Shown here one piece after another: positions 28,011 to 39,067 of a stretch of DNA of 64,000 nucleotides. The position numbers and the translations under genes are program-made. Origin of the DNA: Macrostomum lignano (taxonomy: Eukaryota); assembly GCA_002269645.1 (NCBI GenBank), contig NIVC01003194.1, positions 1 to 64,000 on the forward strand, given 5' to 3'. The number at the start of each line of letters is the position of its first letter. Positions within the stretch are counted from its first letter, which is position 1. The notes under the pieces were generated by a model. That model saw nothing but the letters and a program-made list of their open reading frames with translations. It was not told the DNA's origin and made no database searches.

Positions 28011-28134
28011 TCAGATGTCAAAATGCTCTTCACAGAAAATAAATTGGCACAAAACACAAAAATAGAATTAAAAATGTGTCAACTGCCAATTTTTTATTTG
28101 TTAATCAGGTGAAGAAATTCAAGTATAGCATCAT
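28011..28134 (-). ncRNA. SNORD36: Box C/D snoRNA, U36/snR47-like, double guide, with long internal hairpin
   Basis: C box ATGATGC; guide TTGAATTTCTTCAC + D' CTGA is a 14-nt complement of conserved LSU rRNA GUGAAGAAAUUCAA (D+5 = yeast Am2220 / human Am3724 as recalled); C' GTGAAGA; second guide CATTTTGACAT + D CTGA. Confidence 0.8.
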
Positions 28135-28320
28135 ATTGTGGTGAATTGTAAGATAAAAAAAAAATAATAATTTCAATTTCTTACCTACTAGTTTGTAGGA
28201 TTGATGCAGCACAAGTTTTAATGCGAATCTCCATCTGCAACGAAAATTTTAATAAACTAAACTGTTTAAATAAATTAACTAAAATAAATGAATTTTTTTA
28301 TTTTTTAGAAACAAATATTT

Positions 28321-28389
28321 TCAGCGATCTTGGTGATAAACAGTCTTCATTGACCTGACGGACTTCAAGACAGTTAATATTTTCATCAT
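28321..28389 (-). ncRNA. SNORD24: Box C/D snoRNA U24 homolog, copy 1
   Basis: ATGATGA ... ATGAAGA ... ATCACCAAGATCG-CTGA; the 3' end matches vertebrate U24 (..CACCAAGAUCGCUGA) and pairs with LSU rRNA GAUCUUGGUGGU (D+5 = yeast Cm1437 site). Confidence 0.88.
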
Positions 28390-28590
28390 AAATAATACTG
28401 GAATTACTACTCAAAAATAAGTATAACAGAGTGAATTTTAATGACACTAAAATCATTGATCTAACACTTACCAAATCAACATATCTCCAGGCCATGTCTG
28501 TTCTAAAAAAACAGAAATTTTGTTAAAGTTACACAAGTATTTCAGAACTATTTAAAGAAACAAATTCATCAATGCAATTATATATTTTCA

Positions 28591-28652
28591 TCAGCGATCT
28601 TGGTGATAACAAGTCTTCATAGCGACTCAAGCAATTATTAATTTTTCATCAG
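28591..28652 (-). ncRNA. SNORD24: Box C/D snoRNA U24 homolog, copy 2
   Basis: CTGATGA ... ATGAAGA ... ATCACCAAGATCG-CTGA. Confidence 0.83.
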
Positions 28653-28826
28653 TTCAAAATCTTATTGAGCTACTTAGAGTAGAAGTAGATGTGAATTAAC
28701 TTACAGGAGAATTCATAAAACTTGACTCGACCAGATGACCTGACAAAAAATGAAAGGAAAACACAAATAAAGTATGCATTTTCAACTCTAAAGTAATAAT
28801 TACACTGGCTAGCACAATTGTGAGTC

Positions 28827-28889
28827 TCAGCGATCTTGGTGATTAAAACGTCTTCAATTTGCATGCAGACAATTAGTTTTGTTCATCAT
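28827..28889 (-). ncRNA. SNORD24: Box C/D snoRNA U24 homolog, copy 3
   Basis: ATGATGA ... TTGAAGA ... ATCACCAAGATCG-CTGA. Confidence 0.85.
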
Positions 28890-31059
28890 ATTGACCAAAC
28901 TGTGTCTTCTAACCACTAAAAATGTTAATCTAACAGCTTTAGATGGGTTTAGCCAGTAGAAATATAATGATTTATTAGTAAATCTAATTAAAAATACACA
29001 CAAAATCTAGATAGCACACAATAACTTATCTAGATATAATTATGCAATCTATGTAAACCCATATAGAAATATGAGCATAACATTTCACTATCGTATAGGT
29101 AGGTACACATTTTCAATTTTACTTACCAGTCTATCAAGCTATAACTCAATCAGAACTCAGACTCAGAGCAATGATGTTATGACTGCAAGTGAAATACTTG
29201 CATGCATACCCAACTGTTAGTTTCAATAGCAGAAGCCTTTACTTGGCACAAAAGGAAATTACAGAAAAGAATAAATAAACAGATGTTAATAAATAAGAGA
29301 CACTTTTCATAACCAATATCTGTGTACCAAATAATAATGATTGTATAGATCATATTTGAACCCCTTAAAAAAGAAAATTCCTTAAATTCAAATTAAATAA
29401 AAATCTACTTCTATTAAATACTCGTATTTATCTATGAACAATGTTCTTACATACTTGACAAAGTATCCATATTTCAAGATTTGTTTAAATATTAGCTTAC
29501 ATAAATGAAACAAAAAAACTTTCTAATTGCAGCTCATAAGCATATTGGGAGATGGTGTCTACTGCAGATCAGCCTGGCTAAGTATGCACAATAGTATGTG
29601 TACTATTGGGGAGTGCAAGGATATATGATAGGATGAATATAAGATGCATGCAAGGAAAGGGTTCAGGGCTTATGCAAGAGTATATAATGTATATGCCCTA
29701 GGGGGTAAGGTTAAAGTGTCTGGCTTGAAAAAGGGGATAATTGGCATATTTTAGACCTTCACTATAGTAGTTTGTAGCAAAGCCTCTTAATGTAGCATTT
29801 AACATCCCTTAGGTTAGGCCTTATTACTTACTTTATCAACTTGGCTTGCTACTGCTTTGCTATATCATGTTGAATGCTATTAAGCTTACTTTAAATAATC
29901 TTCCTTTAGTTAGCCTTTTCTAAGTATTGCTCAAAAGCTTCGTATTGCTATTTGGCTCAAGTTATTTCAATTGCCTTAGCTTAAGCTTCAAAGCCATTGG
30001 CTAATAACTCAGGGCCCTATTTGGATTAGATAATGGCACAACCAAAGCCAAGGAGGGGACAGAAAGTGGGGCAGTTGTCCTCCCCCTCATACATGCGCAA
30101 CAATCGGCCGAGTTGGCCGATCTGGCCAACCGATTTGGCGGCCAACCAAGGAAGTTGCAAAAATGCCCACCCGAAAAAATACCAAAGTATTAGTACTAAG
30201 TAGCTGACAAGGCATTTTGACTTAATAAGACAGTCATAGTTACTCTTGCCATTTACCCAAAGTTGCGTTAATTTTCCGTTAGAGTTTTTTTATATGTAAG
30301 TTGCATTTTTGGCCAAAAACTACGTTGCATTTTTGTTAAAACTAAGTCGCAAGGCTGACCGAATTTTGGAGGTTGCGCATGTATGCTCCCCCCCAGGCAA
30401 AGACCAGAAAAAATCAAAGGGGGGACCAAGCAAATTTTTGCCAAAAACGAAGCCATTCTTCTGCCTCCCTCTTTTGGGTCTTTACTTTCCAGAATCTGCC
30501 CCTCAACAAATTTCTAGTTGTTCTACTAGGATTAGGTATACAGTAGCCAGATTAGACTTTAGCCATATCTTAATAGCCAACAAAAAATTAATAGTAAACT
30601 TAGCTTTGTTCAATGTGCATATGCATACCACTGTAGGTCATTGTAAAATCACTTTAAAAAACTGTTTATACTATCTATACTACCATAGAAAATGTAGCAT
30701 ACATTATGTCCTAGTTTAGATGGCAGATGAGTCTATAGAAGTAGGCCTAGAACTATTAGCAGTGGCAGATCTAGAGTTTCATTCAGGGGGAGGGGGCAGT
30801 CAAAGTTTTAGGATGCCAACATGAGTATAAAGAGCACTAATTTATAAGCTAGGAGGTGCAAAAAATCATGTGTGAGGCAAAAATCAAGCTTAAAGATGCA
30901 AAAAATGCATGCAAAGGGCAAAAAATCAAGCTTAGAGGCACAAAAATGCATTTAAAAAGCAAAAACTCAAGCTTAAAGGTGCCAAAAGGCATTTGGGATG
31001 TAGGAAGATAACCTTGGCTTGAGTATTTAAACAATGCCACACTTAGAGACACGGAGCAC

Positions 31060-31308
31060 CAAGTTTCATCAACATGGTGGCCATGTCTTTAATAGTGACT
31101 AGGTTTATACTTATAGACATGGTTGCTATGTCTATAATGCAGAAACTTATAGACATGGTGGCCGTGTCTCTAATAGTGACTAGTTCTATACTTATAGACA
31201 GACACAGAGCCATGTCTCTAAGTTTCTGCATTATAGACATAGCAACCATGTCTATAAGTATAAACCTAGTCACTATTAAAGACATGGCCACCATGTTGAT
31301 GAAACTTG
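31060..31308. repeat. Near-perfect ~99-bp inverted repeat with ~50-bp spacer (foldback/MITE-like)
   Basis: Arms 31060-31158 and 31210-31308 are reverse complements with about one mismatch; built from internal agacatgg/ccatgtct subrepeats. Confidence 0.9.
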
Positions 31309-34140
31309 CACATTGGCCATGTCATTATTATTGAATAGATTCACACTTAGAAACAATGGGTGGCAATGTTGTTAATATTGTATGGGTTCACACTTAGAGA
31401 CACAGTAGATGACTATGTCTATAATTTTGCAACTTAAAGGCATAGCTGCTATGTATATAATCATTGATACAAAAATGTATGTTCTGTGGGGCTCTCTCAA
31501 AAGCAAATGATGGCTTAGTGGATAAGTTAATTGCCTTGTGATTGTATGAAAGGTTTATTTGAATTTAGTTTTAACAATAACAACAATAATCTTAAAGTGC
31601 AGCTCCACAATTATAAATAAAGCTACTGAAAAAAAATATTTTTTTATACTTATTGGCTGCCCTATAAGAAAAAGTTGTAAAACCGCGGACAGTGTCTGGC
31701 ACACTTGAAATTTTTCTAAAGCGCAGAGCGCACAGGCGCATCACCTGCGCGCGCTGCCCTTTCTTACTGGCTGCTGCTCCAGCAAATGCCAAATACATAT
31801 ACATGGAAATGGGTATAATACTTCTGTTGAAGGGGCTTATACACTTGTAGTTTATTAAGCTTAGAGATGTTCCAAAAATTCAATTTCAAGTTTCCAAAAT
31901 TTGAAATTTTTAAAGCAAATTTCAATTTTGAAAAAAAATTTAGAAGTGAAAATTTTGGTAGTCTAAAGAGTTGCTAAAAATAAACTACTTTCTACTATAC
32001 ATGCATTACTTATACTTAAGCAGTAAATTGAAAGTAAAAAGTAAGTGTTGATCATATTAAACTTTGTTTTTTGAATTATGATTTTGGGAAATTTTTTTAA
32101 TTTTGATTTTGGAAAGTTAGCAAATTTTGATTTCGACGAAACTGCAGATCTTTTGGAACATCTCTAATAATCTTGATGTGCGGAAAAATAGTTTGACTTT
32201 TTTCTAAAGCCCGTGTCTGCAGGTTTTTAACATTTATTCCAATAGGGATTGGCTGCATTTTGTAATTAGTTAAACATTAATAGTCTCATTAAATATGTGA
32301 TCTAGCAATAACTTAAGTGAAGAACATAAACAAAAATATGGCAAACTTCTTATAATATAAAATTTGTAATAATCTATAACTTATAAGTTTGAATACTTAC
32401 AGATATAGCTATATATATAATTGTAGTTGCACTTAGCCTTAAGATTTAGTGTTAGTCTTATTAAAAATTTAATTTAAATTATTATTTTATTTTAATTTAA
32501 AAACTTCAAAATGTTTAGGACACAAAAAAGTTTTATTCACTAAAAAATTTAAATTTGAAAAAAGACTGCCTACTTGGGATTTGAGCCTTGCTATAGTATA
32601 TGCCATTACAAGGCAGGTGACAGGCCTATTCACAAAGCCACCATTTGCTTGTAAGACAGCCTTATAGGCCTAGAATATACATTCTGTATCAATTTTTTTT
32701 AAATATAGGCCTAAGCCATGCCTATAAGCTCAAATATTATAGACACATCTGTTGTGCCTATAAGCTCCAATATTATAGTCATAAACACAGCTGCCATGCC
32801 TATAATTACTCCATTTAAACAACTGCAAATTAATATAAAAACTAAAACAAGCACTTTAATTGCACTTTTAAAGATTACATATCTATCTACTACTGAAAGC
32901 ACCATTATTAAACTTTTTACATTAATAGTTAGAATTTGCTAGTGAAATTCTTCAAATTTAAAACTAAGGGCATGGCTACACTTACAGGAATCTATGGAAT
33001 GTGACTACAACTGCAATTACCATGTTTTCATAGTCGTAGCCATAAGAGCAGCTATCTACCATAGGCATATCCATAGTTTCCAAAAGCCTTTTTAACAATA
33101 AATTATTGTATCAATAAAGCACCATCGTACAATTAAGTTAATAAGATTTAAGGCTTAGGCCAAGCAGCCTAGCTGAAGTACCAATTCAATGCTATTGTGA
33201 GATTTCAACACCTAGTTGGGAATTGAGGCAATTTTCTAAGCCTCAGGCCGTCAGGGTTTTAATTTTCTGAACCCAGCAGCTCGCTAGTTAAAACACCTGT
33301 TAAGGAGCAAAAAGAATAGGGGTCATTGGGAATTTTGGGGGAAGTGGCTGTACCGACGCGAACCGTTTAACGGTTTCATTGGTTAGTTTTTAAGCTTTGT
33401 ATATAACATGTCGTAAGGAGTGGCTTTTAAAATCTCGCTAAAATTATGTTCAAAGCGTATTTTTACCTTTGATTAACAAAATAATTTACAATTATTGCCT
33501 AAGAATATGTTAAGTTTAAAATAATAGTATTTCTAAAGTAAACAAAAATATTACATTATGCACTTATAATAAGGATTAATTTGTCAGGTGAAAATCGTTA
33601 GGAAGAAGGACATACAGCTGGAAATCAAAGACACAGTACTAGTCCCAAAGAATTTCTAACGAAGCATTCGTTGCACACAAAACTCACTCAGTTTTAAAGA
33701 AGTGAGTCCTTTATTCGATTTTTTCCTGCCACATTATAATCTCTTGCAAAAAGAGATGAGGCCAGCTGTCAAAAACTGAAGAAGCAAATTAAATATGGTG
33801 GCGCAACGATGGTTTGCTTTCTTGGATAAGTATATCCATCCATAGACTATTTGATGAATTAATGGATAATTTTCTTAAATTATAGATAAAACTAAAACTT
33901 TAAGGTGATCGGGATTGAGAGCATACATACATGTATGTATTAAATAGATATATACATGTACGTATGTAAAGCGCGTTACATACATGTGTGTTGCAATCAC
34001 CTACAATAGTACTCGTATATATAATATAAATGTTATGTTACGCGCCCATGAACATGCAAAGTAAAATGTTACATATGTGGGGCTTTCGGGAGAAACACAT
34101 TGTGCCTTCTGATCTAGGTAATCGCGATTAGGAAATTATA

Positions 34141-35133
34141 ACAACAACAACAACAGAATACGCATTTAGCGTCACAGGGCGCGCTTCAAGGCCAGGTCGC
34201 GAATAAACGCCACGCCGCCGGCCGAATCCAGAGCGCCAGCGTCAGCCAGCAGGCAGTCGACGAAACGCTGAGTGCGCGCCTGCCCCCGCCAGTAGGGTGA
34301 CTGCGCGTTGGCCGCTGCACAGCTCCTGCACCGGCTCAGTAAGACTCGGCGCGGATGATGTGGCCTTCCAGCTGTAGCCGCCGACGGCGCAACAGCTCGC
34401 TGTGGACGGACCCGGCCGGCGTGGCGATACAAAGCCGCGTTGGCCACTCACTCGTAGCCAATCTTGAAGGCAGCGCGCAGCAGGCCAGCGTGCGCTGCGT
34501 CAACTTGTTGCTCGAGCGACTTCATCAGCGTCCAGGTCTCGGCGTTGTACAGCAGGACGGTCTCGATTACCGCCTGAAACAATGCCGCCCTCAGGCGGTC
34601 AGGTAAGACCTCGGACTGCACGTCAGGCCTCACAGAACAAAAGGCAGCCCAGGCAAGCCCGCGGCGACGCCGCAAATCCTCGCAGACGCCGGGAACCAGA
34701 CCGCCGAGGTAGACGAACTGCTGACACGCGGAAGTTTGTCGCCTATCCATCAGCGCCTCGGCACAAAATCGCAGTCTCGATGTCGTCCATCAGGCCGATG
34801 ACCACCAGGCCGACACTCGCCGCAACAGCAACTAGCTTGTCCACTTGTCGCTGGGCACCCTCGACAGTTGAGGACAGCAGGGCGATGTCGTCGGCGTAGC
34901 CAAGCACGCTGAGCCGCCTCTCCGGTTGACATCGACCCACGCGTCGCCGCAACAGAACGCCGTCGTCGTTAGTAGGAAGATCGCGGTCCGCAGCACCCAG
35001 TCAAGCACCAGAACGAACAGGAACGGCGCGAGCGTATCTCCCTGAAGCACCCCGGTAGGATGTCTCAAATAAGTCCGATGCCGTCCGGTGTTGAAACAGC
35101 AGCTTTCGTATCACGGTACATCGCCGTGATTGC
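34141..35133 (-). mobile_element. RTE-like LINE, 3' segment (RT C-terminal half and (TTG)n tail)
   Basis: AITAMYRDTKAAVSTPDG, GVLQGDTLAPFLFVLVLDWVLR and GYADDIALL; tail at 34141-34155. Confidence 0.9.
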
Positions 35134-36929
35134 GGAACTGTCGCACGCTCAAGGCCGTCTGGCAGAGAGGGGCTCTGGCAAAGCTAGCGCTCGACCAAAG
35201 CTGTGACGTCATCGCACTGCAGGAGGTGTCTATTAAGGCTGATCCGGGGCTACACTGTGAGGATCTGGGCGCCGGATGGACCCTCTACATGTACTACACA
35301 TCGGCGGACGACGAGGCCGTGAAGGAGTTGGAGCGCTGGTCGGACCGAGGCTGCAGCTGAGATGTCGCTGCGTCTCTCTGTCCCCTCGGCTGCTCCGGGT
35401 CGACGTTCGGCTTCGCGGCCGAAACGCTCGCCTGTTCTGCGCACGCGCCTCCTGCCACCCGACCTGACGAGGCTCTAGAAATCTTTGAGCAGCTCTCGTT
35501 ACAGGTGGAGGCAAAGGCGCAGCGTGACACAGTGTTAATCCTCGGAGACCTGAATGCGGTTTTGCGTAGGTCCGAACGGTCACTGTTCGTCACACCGCGT
35601 GAGAACGGCAACACCGGAGCGCTGGAGGACTTCCTAGAGCGGCAGGACATGGTGTCGGCCAATACCCGCTTCCGCAAGCCGCTGGGCAGGCTCGCAACTT
35701 TTGTGGGCTACAGGCGCAGGCGTTGGATCGCGCGTGGCGGGAACGCAACACGGAGGCAGGCACAGCTCGATCATGTGCTGGTGCGCTTCGTCAAATGCCG
35801 CGCCATCACGCCGCTGGCTCTGTGGTCTGATCATCGACTCCTCGTCTGCGACCTTCGTCTTCGAGATCCGCTCTACCGTCCGCCGAAGCGGCCACCGCGG
35901 CGCTACTACCGCCCGCTCAGGGACGCCAACACGCACAGCCGCTTTGCTAGCGCTTTCATCACTGCGCTCGGCGGCAAGCGTGGAGGTGCCGAGCGCTGCA
36001 GTTCCAGCCGCCGCGGAACAAGCAGTCCCGCTGATGCGAACGGCCCGGAGGGAGCAGTCGGTATGGCAAGACGACCCCGCGATTCGGCTAGCGAGGGAAG
36101 AGCTGTAGAGACTCCGTTTGAGCAGGCGACCAACACGAAGGCCTAAACGGCTGTCTATCTGCAGTGCCAGCAGGCTGCTGTTGATGACGCCATTCGGGCC
36201 CGATTCCATAGGTCGCGTGGCCTGTTCGGCTATCAATGCTCTGATGGGGCGAAAGCGGCGCATATCGCTAAACCTGGCGGGCGACTCTGCAGGCGAGCGC
36301 AGGAACGAGCTGCGCGACTTCCTCGCAGCCATTGTCAACGCGCCGCCACCCCCACTGCCAGACAGTCTGACGCTGCCGCCGGAGATGCCGTTGCCGGCAG
36401 AGGAGAGCTTCAGCTAGGTCTAGCACAAGTCGGCACAGCCGACGTTGTGAGGCTCGCCCAACAGGCAACAGTCGGGATGATGTGCCCATCGAGGCGCTGC
36501 GCCAGTGGCCAGTGAGGTTGCCAGAGTGATGCATCGCGTGCTATTCGGTGAGGAGGCAACCAACGAATGGACCACGGCGCACATCTTTGAAGTCCTAAGA
36601 AGCCGGGCACCACGAGGCTTGAGGAGCATCGAGGTATCTGCATTCAGTCCTGCGCTGCGAAGTTGTTCAACCGGATGCTGCTATCGCGGTTGCAGCCCGT
36701 GCTGGATCCGTACCTGCGCCATGAACAGAACGGCTTCGGCCCCATCGCGGCACAGTGACGCAGATCCTAGCTAGCTGGCTCTTCGGCGAGTCATCGAGAA
36801 AGCATGGATACGCCAGTCGATCCTTATTGTTATCTTCATAGATTTCAAGAAGGCTTCGACTCGGTCGGTCGTCAGGTCTGTGCTCCCAAAGGTGATCCGC
36901 GCGTACAACGTGCCCGAGCAGCTGCTGAA
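35130..36929 (+). mobile_element. Inverted 5' segment of the same LINE (APE endonuclease and RT N-terminal half)
   Basis: NCRTL, DVIALQEV, LILGDLNA, QLDHVL and SDHRLL (APE); then RLQPVLDPYLRHEQNGF, FIDFKKAFDSV and RAYNVPEQLLK. Confidence 0.88.
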
Positions 36930-36950
36930 GAAACTATATTCCATGTAATT

Positions 36951-37415
36951 CAGGGGCGTCGCCAACGGGGGACAGAGGGACATATGTGTCTCCCCCCCCC
37001 CAGTAAAAGTTATGGAGGACATGCCAATGCTTTGTCCCCCCACCCCACCTTGATCTGTTATGGAAATAAAAATTTGCTTCAGAGCGACAAAAGATAGCGC
37101 CTGTGGACCAAAATGGTGCCTACGGCGCTAAAATGATGCTTGTGTGCTTAAAATGGTGCTTGTGGCGCTAAAATAAGTGACTGCGGCGCCAAAATGTGTG
37201 CCTGCGGTGCTAAAATGGTGCTTGTGGCGATAAAATGAGTGACTGCGGCGCCAAAATGGTGTCTGTGGCGCTAAAATGGTGTCTGCTGCGCCAAAATGAT
37301 GGCTGACAACACCGATTCTGAAAAATGTTGTACATTTAGGAATTAAGTCATGTTACATGTACGTGTAAAATTCTTGGCTTTTTCCCCCACCATAAAATCC
37401 ATTGCGACGCCCCTG
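36951..37415. mobile_element. Non-autonomous DNA transposon (MITE) with CAGGGGCGTCGC terminal inverted repeats and internal ~20-bp tandem repeats
   Basis: caggggcgtcgc at 36951 and gcgacgcccctg ending at 37415; no TSD recognised. Confidence 0.7.
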
Positions 37416-39067
37416 TGTGAGCGTATTGCTTATGGGCAAATTAAAGGCTGTTTTGATTGTGTCTGATACCATCGCAGCTTTAGAAAAAAGCACACTTTTT
37501 ATCGCTTTTAGTACATGTACAATCGACCGTCAAATTGTCTTAATTAATACTTTATAATTGCAGCTTTGTTATGTAGTATAGTTACATATGTAATCTACAT
37601 GTAGAAATTCATATAGTAGCTGCGCTTTTTCTAGCCACAGAATAGTGTAGGCTGCAGGATTTTAAATGGGAATTATGAGAAATACACTAAATGTAGAGCC
37701 ATCGAAGTCAAACCAAGGTGAATAACAGCTATAGACTGGGGGTAACCAAGACTGAGAAAATTATGGTCCACATTTATTGGGACGTCGAGATTTTATCGGA
37801 CTTGACTAGCTGCTGTTCTAATCGAACAATAGAACAATTCAATTGGGTTGAACGCAGAGAAATTGTCTCAATTCTCGGAGGACTTGTGCACATCGAGATC
37901 TCGACGTGGGAGTTTGTGCGCGTTACAACTCTTTTGGTATTGGCTGAAGAAGCATTTGTTTAGGAATTGGGGTTAGTAAACGGCAGGCTCGGTCGCTTAA
38001 TTATAGCACCAAAGTTGCTATGCTTCGCTACGCCGAAGCATATATTTTATTATCGGTTTTTTGGGGTTGAAAATTAATTATTATAGCTACATATAGATCT
38101 TCCACTTGGAAATAATCATCCACGAATGCTATGTAATTGTGCACCCCAAATTAAAAAATTCCCTAGGCGAAAACCCCCGTTCTAGCATTTGAACTGTTCA
38201 AGAAGTACAGCTTTACATGTATGCTAGAGTCCCCAGATCGGCCCTTAAAACTTTGCCCGTTCATGTATAGCAGGTTGGGAGTCCCGTCTCATTAGCAGGA
38301 GTTCCCCGGGTGTACTTTTGCGCGGGTAACTGAGTGTGGCCGCCTCGCTTTTTCATGGTATGCACCTTCAAACACATATGGGACCTGTTGGTCCTTTCGT
38401 CACACTAAGACTGCATGCTACCCAGCCTGGCGGAATTGTACCGGCGGTACGGATCCCGAAGTCATGGCCCCAGCTGAGAAAGAGCAAATGTGTACAAAGA
38501 GCATTTATAACACGTGATGCCAAGAACTCCAGGCTGCATGTGGTGAAGAGTCGCTGTGAATAAATGTTTACAGTTGCTTCAATTCGTCTTCGATCATTTC
38601 ACAAGACCCAACTTTCACAAGCTTTTAGGACGAACTTGATGTTTCTTTTTCCTACGCCTAAGGTAGCGACTATTTCAAATATTTTGGCTTTTATCAGTAA
38701 CCATGCTGTACAATATGTTTATATCTAATTAGCGTATCAATAAAAGTTTGACAGGTCGTCATCAGCTAAAAACTGTCACCAATACTTTTGAGATTGATAA
38801 TTGCGCAACTAGCTCGTAATACTCAAATAAGTGTACGCTTGATTGGGTTCTTGCTATTTGAAATCCACGATGGAAACCAGCATAGTTAACCATGCAGCGG
38901 ATGGTTTGCGAACGACAGTACAATCTATAGACTTAGCCAGTCCTTTCAAAAAGATGTGAATACACATAGAAAGAGTAGCTTTATATAATTTTTGAGAAAA
39001 AATGAAAGAGAGTATAACAAGTGGACGGGGCCGAGACGCTGATCAAAGGACGTTAAAGCCATGGACG

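Larger units (their letters stand above)
27767..29182 (-). ncRNA. Probable snoRNA host transcript with micro-exons (29182-29127, 28739-28705, 28502-28472, 28234-28185, 27914 onward); further 5' exons unresolved
   Basis: GTAAG donors and (Y)nAG acceptors around each exon. The upstream exons contain stops in the frame that would splice through. Each intron carries one C/D snoRNA ending 86-96 nt before the 3' splice site. Confidence 0.75.

Noticed and set aside
29200-29350. Possible H/ACA RNA in the intron upstream of exon 29127-29182
   Set aside because: Could not fold two convincing hairpins or find a clear H box.
38200-38560. CR1/L2-like RT tail fragment (..CVQRAFITR..); also LINE-like scraps at about 60060-60900
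   Set aside because: Single short motifs only; not enough to delimit a feature.
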